A stretch of DNA of 64,000 nucleotides from Dendrobates tinctorius (Eukaryota). Positions 1 through 13,924 of the stretch are shown in pieces. Location: assembly GCF_039654945.1 (NCBI RefSeq), contig NW_027361684.1:39556001-39620000 (forward strand), written 5' to 3'. Position 1 is the first letter of the stretch. The number at the start of each line of letters is the position of its first letter. Position numbers and translations under genes: made by a program. The notes beneath the pieces are model-generated. The model ran no database searches and was not told the DNA's origin. It saw only the letters and a list, made by a program, of their open reading frames with translations.

Positions 1-3000
1 GACCCTCGGAAGCAAGGGAAGAGAGGAAAGATGTACGGGAGCCGGAACCGGTGCCACGACAGAACTAGGGCATCCGCACCGATGGCGCGTGGATCGCGTG
101 ATTGGGCGATGGTTTGAAGAACCTTGTTGTTTAATCTCGAAGCCATGAGATCCACATCAGGAGTCCCCGAACGATGGCAAATCTGCTGAAAACCTCCGGA
201 TGAAGAGACCACTCTCCCGCGGCCAGGCCCTGGTGGCTGTGAAAATCCGCTGCCCAATTTTCTACGCCCGGGATGTGGACTGCCGAGATGGGCGAATGAC
301 TGGTTTCGGCCCAATGGAGGATGTGACTCACTTCATGCATGGCCATCCTGCTTTGAGTTCCCCCCTGGCGGTTGATATACGCCACAGCCGTGGCGTTGTC
401 GGATTGGATCCTGATGGAGTGGCCTGCAAGGAGATGGTGAAAACTCCGTAGGGCTAATCTGATCGCTCGAATGTCTAGGATGTTGGTGGGGAGACGAGAC
501 TCTCGAGGAGACCACCGATCCTGTGCCGTGTGGTGACGAAAAACCGCACCCCAGCCCAGAAGACTTGCGTCGGTGGTTACTACCAACCAACCATTCTCTT
601 GATTCAGGGAGGATTTCAGAGTCCACCACTTGAGGGCTTGTCTGACCCGCAGAGACAGGAGGAACCGACGGTCCAGAGAGAAAGGGGTTCTTGTCCCAGG
701 CTAACAGACTCACATGTTGCAAGGGACGGAGATGGAACTGGGTGAACGGGACAGCCTCCATCGCTGCTACCATCTGTCTGAGAATTCTCATGGTGAAAGG
801 TGAAACGAATGGAGAGAGAAACTGGTTGAAAGAGACCGCGCTGCTTATTGTAAGGCTCGGGTCTTCTCTGAAGGGAGAATGACCAACCCGCGGGAAGTAT
901 CAAAGATCATTCCCAAAAAGGAAAAAACTGTTGAGCCGGCTTTGGGAAGGACGCTTCGAAGTTTATTTTCCAGCCCAGGCGAGAAAGTGCATTAACTGTT
1001 ATATTTACGGATTCCTCGCATGCTGGAAAGGACGGACTCTTGATGAGCAGGACGTCCAGATATGGTAACACTACCACTCCCCGAGAGTGACGAATGGCCG
1101 TGACAGCCGCCATGACCTGGCAAAGACCCTGGGGGCGGTGGCGAGTCCGAAGGGCAAGGCAATGAACTGGAAGTGTTCCTCGTGAATTGCAAAACGTAGG
1201 AACTGCTGGTGGGACAGGCAGATTGGAATGTGAAGGTAAGCGTCCTTGATGTCGATGGATGCTAGGAACTCTCCTTTTTTCCAAGGAAGTGACAGCTGAT
1301 CGGAGAGATTCCATTCGGAACTGCCGTACCTTGACCAACTGATATAACAGTTTGAGGTCAAGTATGAGCCGCATCGCCCCGTCCCTCTTTGGAACCACAA
1401 AAAGGTTTGAATAAAAACCTCTGAACCGTTCGTCCTGAGGGACTGGAATGACAACTCCGTCCTTTTGCAGCGCCTGAACAGCCCGAAGGAAGGCTGTTGT
1501 CTTCTTTTTGGGGAGGGAGGATGGGAAGAAACGTGTTGACGGAGGAGAGATTTCTATCTTGTATCCGGAGGACACCAGTTCCCTTACCCAAATGTCGTGG
1601 ACGACTGCGAGCCAGGTGTGACTAAATGAAAGGAGATGATCTCGTACTCTGCCGTCGTCCGCCGGATACCGCAACAAGTCATTGCGTAGAAGATTTGTGG
1701 GATCGGGGTCCTCGAGAACCGGATGCCCTGGGTCTGGGCTTCCAAGAGCGATTAGGTCTGTAAGAGACCTGGGTGCCTCCGTCTCCGCACGGGGGCCGAC
1801 TAGAGTTGGCCGGGAAGGTAGAGGAAGACCAACCAGAGTTATTGCGAAAAGAAATTGTGTCGGCTGTTGGTTCCGAAACGGCCGAACAGCCTTTTGCTGA
1901 GGAGGGAAACTACTTCTTTTTTTTTTTCTCCCCCCCCCCCCTCCCGGTAAAATCAGAGGTGAGCTGGTCCAGCTTCTCCCAAAGAGGCGACCAGACTGAT
2001 AAGGTAGAGAAGTTAGCGATGTTTTAGACATGGCGTTCGCTCGCCAGTCACGGAGCCAAAGAGCTCTTCTAATGGAGATTGCATTAGCGGCAATTTGAGC
2101 AGCACCATTGGCGGCATCAAAACAGGCATCAACTACAAAATCTCCTGCGTGAACTATCAGTCTGGCGACGTTGGTAGATCCCAGAGGGAGATTGCTACCC
2201 TAAAGAGCAGTGATTAAGACCTCTGTCCAAGCGGCCATAGCCTTAGTGACCCAAATCGCTGCAAACGATGGAAAAAGCACCGCTCCTGAAGCTTCAAAAA
2301 CTGAGCCGGCGAGAATCAGGTTTGACGATCGGAGAGGTTTCTGATCAAGGAACCTTCCGAAACGGATAGGAGCGTCTTAGAAGCCAGCCTTGATACAGGA
2401 GGGTCCACAGATGGGGACTGCAACCAATCTTTCGTTAGATCTGGGTGAAAAGGGTATTTAGCCTGAATAGACTTATGCCCTGTGAATCTCTTATGTGGTC
2501 TATCCCTATGTCTCTGGACAATGTCCTTAAAATCAGGGTGGCTGGTAAATAATTTGCGTACACACTTGGTCCTCATAAACGAAAATGCGTGTGCTGGAGG
2601 AGGAGTATTTTCCTCCTTCAACTCCAGAATCCTGTTGACGGATACTATAAGTGAATCAAGCGACTCTTGGTAAGTTGGAGGATTGGGGAGCTGAAGCGTC
2701 AGATTCCAATTCAGAGTTGTACTCGCTGTCACCCTTAAAAGAGGGAGAGCGAGAAACAGAACTCGCTGGTGCTGAAGCACAAGCATGACTGGGGGACGCC
2801 CCAATGGGTCCGCTCTCTCGCTTGACTGTCCCTTGAACAAGTACGGCCCCTGCTGGTGGACGGTTCCCAGCGAAGACGCCCTCCAACTTAAAGAGGCTTC
2901 CCAGAGAGAGTCTATAGCCTGTAGTCTGTGACTCCACCGACCGTGACAGGGACGCAGCCCACTCAGGGGGACAAAACGCAGGAAGACTCGCAGCAGCGCC

Positions 3001-3813
3001 GGCGGCGGTGAGAGGCGTTTGGGCGCAGGCCGCGTCGCAGTAGATTTGCAAATGGTACACACGGCATAGAACATAGTGCTTCTTAGAAGCCTACTTAGTT
3101 TCCTTGGATTACGACATAGCGCTCCGGAAAGGGTTAACGGGAAAGTCTGACTGCAGCAGCAGAGAATGTGCAGAGAAAGGGTTAAGCATTAGTCTGAAGG
3201 CAGATGCAGCTTACCCGGTCCTGTACTGCATCCTCCGGGAGGAATAGCTGTTGTAGTGTCACCCGGTATCCGCCTGAAAGGTCACCTCACAGCTCTGAGG
3301 TAAAAGGAGATGGCCCCCGAGATTACAATTGCGCGTCTCGCCAGTAAAGAGAGGCGCCAAGAGGAGGGGGCGGTGATAATAGCGCGGGCAGCGCTATGCA
3401 AACTGCAGCCTAGTAGGCCTGAAAAGCCGGGGGCTCAATTTCAGGCATACACGCGGTAGGCGCCGGGGCAGGGCGGCGCTAGTGGGCGGCGCTATGGAAA
3501 TTGCGGCCTAGCAGGCCAGAAAAAGCCGGGGACTAAATTTCTCGTAGAAAGGAACCGTCGCCCCCTTCACTCCGTTAATTAAAAAGTAAAAATTTACAGA
3601 AAAATTCAAAAATAAAATAAAACTGATGGGGTCTGAAACCAGACCCAAGTGCCTCCTACAGACACTAAGCAAGAACTGATGAGATCTCGTCCAGCGAGAG
3701 GGTGTATGCTGCAGGGGAGGAGTTAACTTTTTCTAGTTTACTTAGTGTCCTCCTAGTGGCAGGAAAGCATAACACCCACGGTCTCTGTGTCCCCCAATAA
3801 GGCGTAGGAGAAA
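1..3813 (-). mobile_element. DIRS1-like tyrosine-recombinase retrotransposon, 5' part, decayed (LTR, gag, RT, RNase H, start of methyltransferase-like domain); continues off window
   Basis: ORF fragments give RT (FLASIDIKDAYLHIPI, LPFGLATAPRVF, VLPYLDV from YLDD), RNase H (VTTDASLLGWG, IQSDNATAVAYINRQGG) and gag CxxC (VCTIC). Minus strand begins tttctcctacgccttattggggga at 3813, a typical DIRS terminus. Multiple frameshifts. Confidence 0.9.
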
Positions 3814-4204
3814 TATAATAGCATATCAGTTTTGCTCACAAACTAAAACTTTTAAACTAGCTCTATAGTGAACCATGCTATCGGGTCACTGATAACGTGA
3901 TTGAACTTCCATGATTGAAGAAATGGGAACGCCAGATATGGCATACCATGAGTAAGGCATAGGTTTCCTTTTTGCCCGTTTTGACTCTCTTTAGTACCAC
4001 GATCTTTACTATACTATACCACTATAGGAAAAAGAAAAATATTTTAATTCAGTTTTCCCAGCTGGATTTTCTGAACTACCTGTATGACCATTATTTTCTT
4101 CTTCCCAGATAAAAACTTTAAGGTTGTGTTAACCCATGTGTGACTCCAACGAGTAGGGCTGTGGAGTCAGTAAGCCAAACCTCAAACTCCTCTATTTCCC
4201 TGAC

Positions 4205-4600
4205 TCTTGACTCCACAGCACTGGTCACTACTGAGCATGGACATAAAGTGCAGCACAGATTCATCTCATCTATGACCCCACAGCACTGGTCACTACTGAG
4301 CATGGACATAAAGTGCAGCACAGATTCATCTCATCTATCTATGACCCCACAGCACCGGTCACTACTGAGCATGTACATAAAGTGCAGCACAGATTCATCT
4401 CATCTATCTACGACTCCACAGCACCAGTCACTACTGAGCATGTACATAAAGTGCAGCACAGATTCATCTCATCTACGACTCCACAGCACCGGTCACTACT
4501 GAGCATGTACATAATGTGCAGCACAGATTCATCTCATCTATGACCCCACAGCACTGGTCACTACTGAGCATGTACATAATGTGCAGCACAGATTAATCTC
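4205..4600. repeat. Minisatellite, ~65 bp unit, ~6 copies
   Basis: Repeated ccacagcactggtcactactgagcatgtacataaagtgcagcacagattcatctcatctat. Confidence 0.9.
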
Positions 4601-4802
4601 AGCTAAAAGCAGAGATTCTTAGATCAGGAACAGAACAGACATTTATAAGACATTTCAGAACTTTCACAAATGTTTCTGAAAACATTTACAGTACCCAATT
4701 TATTATATAATTTTAGGAATCGGTCCATTTTATACTGACTCCACCAAAATGGACACCAACTCCATAGCCCTGCCAACAAGCACACTGGTCATATATGTTC
4801 AC

Positions 4803-4992
4803 CTCATCTAACACCTGGAGCAGCTGTCTTCTGATGGTTTCACCTTCACCCGATGACTCTTTTAAGAAATGGCGAAACTTCTCAATGACTTGGTAAAACA
4901 CGTTCTTCCATATCAGTTGGTCAACGTTGTGCTGGTCACAAAATTCAATGTCAGTCAGAAGACAGTGCTCATAGAGCTGGAGTAGTTCCGAC
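4803..4992 (-). CDS. smg6: SMG6 coding exon 3 (start of 14-3-3-like/TPR domain)
   Basis: tcctgcag|G...GAG|gtgaac; SELLQLYEHCLLTDIEFCDQHNVDQLIWKNVFYQVIEKFR. Confidence 0.93.
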
Positions 4993-5329
4993 CTGCAGGA
5001 AGGAGAGAGTTCAAAGAGGATAAGTTATATTTCTACACTTTGTGCTTGTATCCTCTATAACATTCCAAGAAAATCTCTTCTACAAACTCTGCATTGTGCC
5101 ATTCCGCTGTTTATCCTCATAGAAATGTATGAATAAATTGACGTATGGTTAGTGGGATTGTTCTTGCACAGCCTGATATATACATATATTAGGTATTGCA
5201 CACTTGACCTATTTGGATAGGTGCCCATTTGCAGACAAATTTAACAGAGCAAAAACCATTACCTCCTATGTACATTCATTTTTAAAATTCATGCTCAATT
5301 TTAACAGAATGCACAGAATATTTCCTTAC

Positions 5330-7001
5330 CTGAGCATGGCCATTTTATTCAGGCCTTCTGTGCTGATCATATCTCTGGAAAGAAGGTTACTGAGCTGGAG
5401 CTCTTGGTTATCTGCCATCCTCAATAGACGGTTCAGCTCCTGCTGCTGCATCGTCCTCACTTGTTGCTCGATTTCCTCACACATTACTGGACTTCCAGAG
5501 TACGACCCAGCACCATATTGTGCAGACTGAGCTGGATAGCCGGGATAAAACCCACCAGGATACATGCCACTGCCAGGATTTAAAGAATAAGGCATAGAGT
5601 ATCCAGCGTATGTATATGGTGGACGGGCAAAGTAATATGGGTTATCAGAATTCTGGAATTTGTAGTAAGATGCCTGAGGGACAGACGGGATGCCATCACT
5701 TTGTGATGTAGGTGTAGACTCATCATCGGTATCTAGAAAATGAAGTTGCGGGCTTTGGTTTTTTAGAGCAGGCTTTTGCTCAGGGTTATTGGGATCCCAT
5801 AGACGCCGATTAGCTCCACCACGGCCCCTGCCACGACCAGATTTGTTGCAAGTGGTAGTAAGGAGCTTTGTACTGTTTGGCTCTAAAGCTCCAGTAGCAC
5901 TGGATATATCAGTGTTGGCTGGAAGAATAAGGATCCCTCTCCCCCTGCCCCTGGGCTCACTCGATCGTGCTCTAAATTCCTGCTTCTCTATGGAATTGTT
6001 GCGCTTGCTATTGAGTCTATCGCTTCGTTTCCGGGTCCTCTGTTCATCAGAGACCGGCTGATAGGGGGATTCTTGGTTGTAAAACCCTTCACGGTTATCT
6101 TTGCTGCTTGATCGCTTGATGAGGTCTGTATTTTCTGAGCAGCTTTTGTCACTGGAGCTCTGTCTCTTCTTCCACTGATTTCTGCTGTCATCCCTCCGAT
6201 CATTATAATCCTCTTCAAAAGAATCTGTTGAAGACAGCGAGACCTGTTTTTTTGTGCGCACCTTTTCTTTGCGATCTCCAGTAAGCTTTCCTTTGTCTTG
6301 ACACCTCCTGTTGCCCTCAGCCAGGACGGCTTCTTCACTGCTGTTGTTGCTTCCCGCAGAACTGGTGCTACAGTTTCTAGTGCGGGTTCTCCGTTTGTCT
6401 GAGTGGGAATAACGTTTGGTTGGTCCAGGCTTTCTCTCTTCCTTACCAGGCCTCAGCGAGGCTGTGTCCTCTCCATCCTTGGTGGGTCTTTCTCGTTCTG
6501 ATCTCTTAGACTTCTCAACCTTGACAATCTTGTTTCCATTTTCCAGAGGAATCTTATGATTTGTAGCAGACAGATGATCTTCATGTTCCAGTTTTAGATG
6601 TTCAGTTTTTTTCACAATATCAGCTTCTACAATTTCGCTCAATGACTCCTTCCCAGAAACATGCAATCTCCTTCCTGGTTGGTAAATTTGTCGGTCTGGT
6701 TTCTTGGTTCTTTTTACAATTTTTCGCTCCTCACTTTCAGGGTTTACAGCGAATGAGTCACCATGATCCAGATCATCATCTTGGATTGGATCTCCAGATA
6801 ATACTGGGATAGCCCCATTAACCAAAGGTACACAATCTTTAACTTTCTCATTGTGATATTCTTCAATGTGATTGCCTCCATTGCCAGATGTATCCAATTT
6901 TGGCTTATTTCTTAGTCTTGACAGCCCGGGTTTATATATCTCAATGTCTGGGCGCCGATTATCTTTTCTCTGTCTCGGTTCCTTCATCTCCTTAACGGTT
7001 T
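5330..7001 (-). CDS. smg6: SMG6 coding exon 2 (1672 nt, disordered N-terminus with two EJC-binding motifs)
   Basis: ORF 5326-6987; RRPDIEIYKPG and KKPDRQIYQPG motifs, RGRGRG, RRLWDPNNP; ttttaag|AAACC acceptor and CAG|gtaagg donor. Confidence 0.95.
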
Positions 7002-7618
7002 CTTAAAAAACAAAATATAAAATAGTGTGAATGGATGGACAAACAAACCAAAATCTCTTGATATTTATTATTCCCTGAAAGATATTTAAATTTATAATAA
7101 TTATTTCATATCTGCATTGAAAAAAGCCTTAAAAATCTGAAACATTTTTCAAGGATGGAGGCTGGGGGCTCGCTATACCAGCATGGAAGGGGGGGGAGCA
7201 CCTCCATACTAGGATGGAGTGAGAGCATCTACACCAGGATGGGGGGCAATCTATACCAGGATGGAGGATATACACACCAGGATGGGGGACATATGAACCT
7301 GGAAGGGGGCCAGGATAGGGCACATTAGTACAGAATAGTGGAACATTACCCCTATAACAGTGTCAGCAGCAGATTATCCCCATGTTATAGGCATGGTTCA
7401 TAAGGGAGCACGGTGTAGCGGTTATAGCTCATTAAAGTTGACAGTATGGAGGCCACATACTATAGGAGGCTTATTTAGGTCATAATGTGGACAGATAATA
7501 AAATGTTCCTGAATATAAAGTAACACTTATTTTTAAAGGGCACCATGTCGGGATGTGATGCAGAAGACCGGAGAGGAGGGATTCAATGCTATGTAATATC
7601 ATGATTGCAATATATTAA

Positions 7619-8068
7619 AGGGTATATCCAAGACTGACTGAAAAAAATGTACTTAAGCAATAACAGGCAGGTAAGTTGCTACATACCTGTTGTGCACAAC
7701 GCCATTCTTCCCCGGCAGAGAGTGGTCAGAGACTGCTCCTGCCTGCGATTCGGCTGACTTCATGTCGACAAAGCAGTGGAGTCTTTTCCACTGGGTTCTG
7801 TAACAGAGCAGGACTTCCGACACTGATTGACAGCTGGATTCCCACTGACTAGCTGCCCTGCCCCATTAAAAGAGTGGAGTGGAAAAGAATGCACAGCTCT
7901 GTCGACGTGATGTCAGCAGAGGCAGCTGCATCCCCGGTAGCAGCGGTCTGTGATGGCTCTGTGTCAGAGAAGTATGGCCCTATGCACAACAGGCAGGTAA
8001 GTACCAACTTCCTGACTGTAAGTGCTTAGGCACATATTTGTTTTTCCATCAAGTCCCGGATATATCCT
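7619..8068. mobile_element. T2/Kolobok-type MITE (TTAA target, AGGG termini)
   Basis: ttaa|agggtatatcc...ggatatatcct|tta with imperfect inverted arms. Confidence 0.6.
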
Positions 8069-8904
8069 TTAGGCCATGTCTGCATTTTTGATCCACTCCT
8101 GGTTTTGGCTTACAAATATAAATGTAAAATAGTGACCAAATACTAAACATGTGAACATGGCTTTAAGAGGTTGAAAATTTTGATGGGAGTGCTTCATTAA
8201 AAACAATCATACGTACCCCTATCCCTTTATCTATAATGATGTCTGTTTAGAATCCATGAGGGCTTCTGCCAAATGCTGGACAATTTAAATGAAACCAAAC
8301 AGCTCCCATTATAGTCCAGTCATATTAATTTCCATGACCATCCTTGGATCTTACCTATAAAATATAGGATGTCAGGGATGAATATATATCCATCCCTTGT
8401 ACTGTGTAAATGGTCCATAAATCAGAAATGATTACATATCTAACTTTGAAAAAAGCACTCTCTTTTGAGCCTCACCCCTAAAGTGCATCAGTATTTTTAC
8501 ATTTGACGGTAATTTGGGGTGAAATGGGGAGGGGGGGGGTACTTTAGGGTTCCCTTTACCTTAGTCTCTGACTCATTCGTTTACTTGGGTGCTGAGGGCT
8601 CAGGCTTGGTCACTCCAGTGTTGGATTCTGTATAGTGCCTCTGTTCACTTTCAGTATAGGGAGATTTATTGCAGCAGACTGAACTTTTCTTGCAGATTTG
8701 GTGATGATGGAGCCAATGACCAGGCACGGACAGTGCAACCCTGAAAGTTTAGACTCCTGCAATACCCCTCAGTGTTCCTCAGCAGAGCAGACGCTGACAC
8801 AATACAGGACCCGGCTCTGGGTCACTTATTAGGAGGTGACCAGCATCCGGCCACCTCACCACACAGAGAGCTGAAGCTCACACTCACTGATCTCTCCTTT
8901 CTGC

Positions 8905-11900
8905 TGCTTTCCAGGATAGTTTGTCTATCTGGACCTGGTCCATAGGCTCAAATGGTAGAATAAAACCTTTCAGCACTATATTCAAATACCAAGTTGGAAT
9001 TATATTGAATTTCCTTGGACGGATTTTGGAGGCAGCTGACAGGAACCTCCTTATCCACGGGTGGTCTGCCAGGTTCTGATCAAAGTAGCAGCTCAGAGCC
9101 GACACCTGGACTTTTAAGGGAAAGTGGGTTTTAGTCCTTTTGATAAGCCAACCTGTAGAAAGTCTAGTATTTTAGCCATGTCAGGGTGGAAAGGATAGAT
9201 GGGAGTGGATCTATACCATACCGAGAAAGTCTTCCATATTTTGGAGTAGGTGGCATTTGTGACCGGTTTCCTACTTTTTTGCAAAGTGGATATGTGAAAA
9301 ATGGGACCTTGATGTAGAAGGTCTTGGTCTAGCGGCAGGGTCAGAGGTTCTTCTGAGCTCAGGAGTTTCAGAGCCCCGAACCAGTTCCTCTTTGGCCAGA
9401 GAGGGGCGATCAGGATGGTTTTGACCCTATCTGTTCTGACCTTTTGCAGAGTCCTTGGCAACAGCGGAATTGGAGGGAATGCATAGGCCAACCTGAAACT
9501 GCACGTGTGAGAGAAGGCATCCACCTTTGATTGGGTTTCCTTTGGACCTACGGAGAAATAGTGCTCTAGTTTTGCGTTTTCCCGGTTCGCAAACAGGTCC
9601 ACCTCTGGGAAACCCCATTTTATGGTTATTAACAGGAATACTCTCGTACTGAGGCTCCATTCCCCTGGGTCTAAATCCGTCCTGATCAGAAAGTCTGCTT
9701 CGATGTTGTTGGATCCTTTTACGTGAGGAGCCGATAAAGACAGGAGGGGACGTTCTGCCCAAATGAAAATTCTTGCTGAGACCTGCTGCAGAAATTTGTG
9801 CTGCCCTGATGACGTAGATGGACCACAGTGGTCATGTTGTCGGAGTAAACTCGGACATGTGATCCCTGGAGTAATGGTTTTGCTGCTCTCAGGGCCTCCT
9901 CTACCGCTCTCAATTCTCTCAAATTGGAGGATCGGCTGTCCATCTTTTTAGGGCCAGATTCCCTGAAAGACTTCTTGAGATGTCATCGCTCCCCAACCGC
10001 ATTTGTTGGCGTCTGTTGTTACTGAAGACACTGGACATTGGATGCAAGGTATTCCCTCTGCCAGATTTTCTCAGCTGAGCCACCAGTTGAGAGGTAGTTT
10101 TACGTGTTGAGGAAGATTCTAGTACCGAGTGCTTCTGCAGTTTTATCCCAGTGAGAGGTTACATTTTTGGAGGATCCTCGAGTGAGCCTGGGCCCAGGGA
10201 AATCCCTAAATACATGATGTCATTGATCCCAGGACTGACATTGCAAATCTTAAAGTCACCCTCTTCTGGGTTTTTAGGGTCCGAACCCTTGATCTTATGC
10301 TTTAGTGTTTTTGTGACAGGAAGAAAGGATCTTTGGTTTTGGGAGTCTAAGAGGATTTATAAAAAAGATCTTCTCGGTTGATGAGTTTGGGTCTGATTTT
10401 CCCCGATTTATGATCCAGCCTAAAGATGTTAGGGTATGTAGAACTGAATGGAGATGTTTTCTTAGAGTTACACTGGAAGGAGCCATGATGAGAAGGTCGT
10501 CCAGGTAGGGAACGATGCAGATGTCTTGTTTCCTCAAAAAGGCTACTACCTCCGCCATGATTTTTGTTAATGTTCGGGGGGTAGATGATGTGCCGAAGGG
10601 AAGGACCTTGAACTGGAAGTAACACACCTCTTGGCCTAGAGTGACTGCAAACCTCAGATACCGATGGTAGCTTGGAAGAATGGGTACATGCTTGTATGCA
10701 GCCACCATAGACCTGGAGGAGATGGAGAAGCCCTTTTCGATCAACGGGATTGTAGATTTTACCGACTCCACTTTAAATCGTCGATACACGATGTACTTAT
10801 TCAGCTGTTTCAGGTTGATAACCCGGTAATCTCCACTTTGCTTCTTTATAAGGAACACCCGGGAGTAATGACCTTGGCCTTGATCTGCTTCCAGTACTGG
10901 TGATATTACTGCAGAGGATAGCATTTGCTGGAGTTCTGTGTACAGAGTATTGTGTAGCCTTGATGATGGAAGAGATGTCACTTTTAGTCTTTGTGGGGGA
11001 AAGGAGGAAAATTCTATTTTCACTCCTCTTCTGCCTGAGTCCAGGATTTTGCAGTCTGATGTTACTTCCCAGCATTTTGAGAAGTAGTTTGAAATCCTAC
11101 TCGTTTGACGTCATTTCCTATCTGAACGTGGGTTTTGAAAAATATTGCTTCCTTTACCCACTATCGGGTAGCTCCACCGCCCAATTTTACGTTTCACTCT
11201 GTATTGAGGGGTCTGCGTCTGAGGTTGACGAAATGGCCTCTTTGAGGGTTTTTGGCTCAGGAAGATTTTTCTTTTTGTCGGTCACCTTCTCCAATAACTC
11301 GTCCAGTGCAGGACCAAACACGTATTCTCCTTTGAAGAAAATAGAGCATAATTTAGACTTGGATAGGATGTCTCTGCTCCACATCTTTAACCATAGTGCT
11401 CTTCTGGTGGTGTTGGAGAGTACCGAAATCCTCTGCAGCAATGCGAACTGACTCAGCCGAGGAGTCTGCAAGGAAACCAGCAGCTTTTTGTAGGAGAGCT
11501 AATGAGGCCAGGTGGTCTTCTCTGGGGGTACCGCCCCTAATATGGTCTTCCAGTTGTTGCAACCAGAGAAATAGAGTTCTCGTGATGCAGGTGAATGCGA
11601 CATTTGTCTTTAAGGAGGTCGCCAAGACTTCCTCAATAAGCTGGCCATCTTGCGGTCAAGTGGATCTTTAAGCTGAGAGGAGTCCTCAAAGGGTAACAGT
11701 TTTCTTGGCTAACCTAGCCACCTGGATATCCCCTTTGGGGATTTCAGTCCAGCACTTTGAGACGTCTTCATTTTTACTTGGGAAACGATCCTTCATATCA
11801 ATTGGGACATTGTTTCCTTTTGGGGAATTCCTATTCATCTAGGATTAAATTTTGAATGTTGTCATGGATGGGAAAACACATCTTCCTTCTTGATTTCAGA

Positions 11901-13108
11901 CCACCAAACATCTCATCTTGGACTGTGTGGGATGGTTTCTCCTCTTCAACTCCCACCGTATTCATGACTGCCAGCAGTAGTTCCTCCATATCCTCAGAGG
12001 AAAAGAATATTTTTTTATTTTCCTCCGTATGACTGAGTAAGTTCACCTTCTTCCAACCATTCTTCACTGCCTCATATTTCAGCTTTTGAGTCATAGCTAT
12101 CCTCAGGGGTGTGTTTCTTTTTTTTGGGTACAGAGGGGCCCCCTGAAAAGGACTGGGAGAAGGTAGCTAGAGACGACTGGATCTCCTGTCGCACCATCCA
12201 TCCCACTTCATCCATCAGGCATGGCTATTCTTCCCAGACAATTTTTCTCCATGCATAGCTGACAAAGCTTTTTTTATGGCCATATGGAAGTTTTTTTTAC
12301 TGCAGATGGCGCATTTGCGATTTGCAGTTTTTTCCCTTGATTTTGGTGCAGGATCCTTTTCTCCCTAGAAGAGACGAGAAGGGAAATTTCCATGAGGATG
12401 GACCAAAGGAGTCCTACCCTTACCAGGTATACTCACTGGGCCAGGGTCAGCGCTGGGCTCTGCAGACACAGATCTAAGAGAAGCAGCAACCATCATTAGA
12501 ACCTCAGTCCTACCTTATGGAGTCTTCAGTCAGGGTCCTTTTATAAGGGAACGAAGACCCAGCACTTCTTATCATTCAACAGGATGAGATCTCTCCCACT
12601 CTGTGATAGGCCCTGTCTTCTGTTGCCTTTCCCAGTTTGAAAATTTCCCGACAAAATGGCGGTGCGTTCCACCATGGAACGCAGGGCAGAAGTCATGTTG
12701 CGTCTTCTCTCTCGGGGGTGTATGTCACTTCCTATGCATACCCAGCACTGCACCGCCAGCATGCAGGCGCGAGGGGGAGAGAAGCTACAAGGCTGTGGGG
12801 CTGCGGGAGACCCCAGCTACTCCTCACCATCCAGCATGCGCTGGAGGATGGTGCGGTCCTACCCGGAGCAGCTGCGGGAGGAAGGTCCAGGACGACTGAT
12901 CCAGGCTGCTCGGCTTAAAGGTATTTAAAAGAGTGTCGCCGGCGCAACTCTCAGGAACGCACACAAAAAACCTCTTCATCCCTTAGGGACAGGAAAACAC
13001 GGATGATAGAGGGAAGGGGAGGGCTATTTAAACCTCTTGTTTTCTTTCCCTAATTAGGATAGGGAAGCATCCTTCTGTGTGTTGTCGTGGAGGAAATTAG
13101 AGAAAAAA
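8905..13108 (-). mobile_element. DIRS1-like retrotransposon, decayed, truncated within the recombinase
   Basis: RT (IVPYLDDLLI), RNase H (SNLRELRAV, VYSDNMTTV), methyltransferase-like (DLFA..N.K..YFS, DAF, YAFPPIPLL), recombinase start (SALSCYF, HPWIRRFL, PTW), gag, LTR-like end near 13105. Confidence 0.9.
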
Positions 13109-13553
13109 AGCGTTTCTCAACCTTCTATCAGTTCGCGAAAAAAGAGACAGCACTCGGATAGTATCTGAATACACAAAGACTTTCATTGCCGAGTTTAATC
13201 CGACACTCAGATAAAAATCGGACATGTCTCTGTGATTTTGCATGGATCACTAGGTATGCAAAATATCCTCAACATGTGACCAGCTCAAAAGACTATCATA
13301 AGCCCGAGTGCCATCTGTGAAAAACTGAAGCGTGAATGAGACCTTAGTGTGTACACCAGAAGCAAGCACTCAAGTATCTGCTCAGAAACCCAAGCTGAAA
13401 ATCTTCCCCAATTCACCAAATTTTGCTGTCGATTTTCCCGCGGACGGTGAGCAGCAAAAATATTAAAGAATACAGAATATTCATAGCTTCTGCAGCTTTT
13501 GCCTCCCTTAGAACTGTTTCCATGTTGGTCTACATATACATCTTGATCTCTGA

Positions 13554-13924
13554 GGCTGTGTGCACACACTGCGGATTTTACTGCGGTTCCGCAGCGGTTT
13601 TGGCCGCTGCGGACCCGCAGCAGTTTTTGCTGCAGTGTACAGTACCATGATTCCCTATGGGAATCAAAAACCGCAGTGCGGAATTTTCCGCGCGGATTAT
13701 CTGCGGTTTTCAATCCGCAGAAAGAATTGACATGTCAATTCTTTCTGCGGATTCTCCTGCGGTTTGCCATCTTCTCCATTTGAGGAGATGAAAAACCGCA
13801 GGGCAAAACCGCAGAGCAATCCGCAGGTAAAACCGCAGGTCTTTTGACCTGCGGTTTCACCTGCGGATTTTACAAAATCCGCGCGGATGAATCCACACCT
13901 AATCCGCAGCGTGTGCACACAGCC
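13554..13924. mobile_element. PIF/Harbinger-type MITE
   Basis: tga|ggctgtgtgcacac...gtgtgcacacagcc|tga; 3-bp TSD. Confidence 0.8.

Noticed and set aside
4118-4543. Short ORFs in the smg6 intron
   Set aside because: Derived from the ~65-bp minisatellite
5326-6987. 553-aa ORF as a standalone gene starting MKEPRQ
   Set aside because: Internal exon 2 of smg6, bounded by splice sites; the true start is at 18072
8540-8900. Fragment abutting the truncated DIRS
   Set aside because: Probably another repeat, but no diagnostic termini or coding similarity recognised
9114-9602. DNA adenine methyltransferase-like ORF as an independent or bacterial gene
   Set aside because: Known methyltransferase-like domain downstream of RNase H in DIRS1 elements
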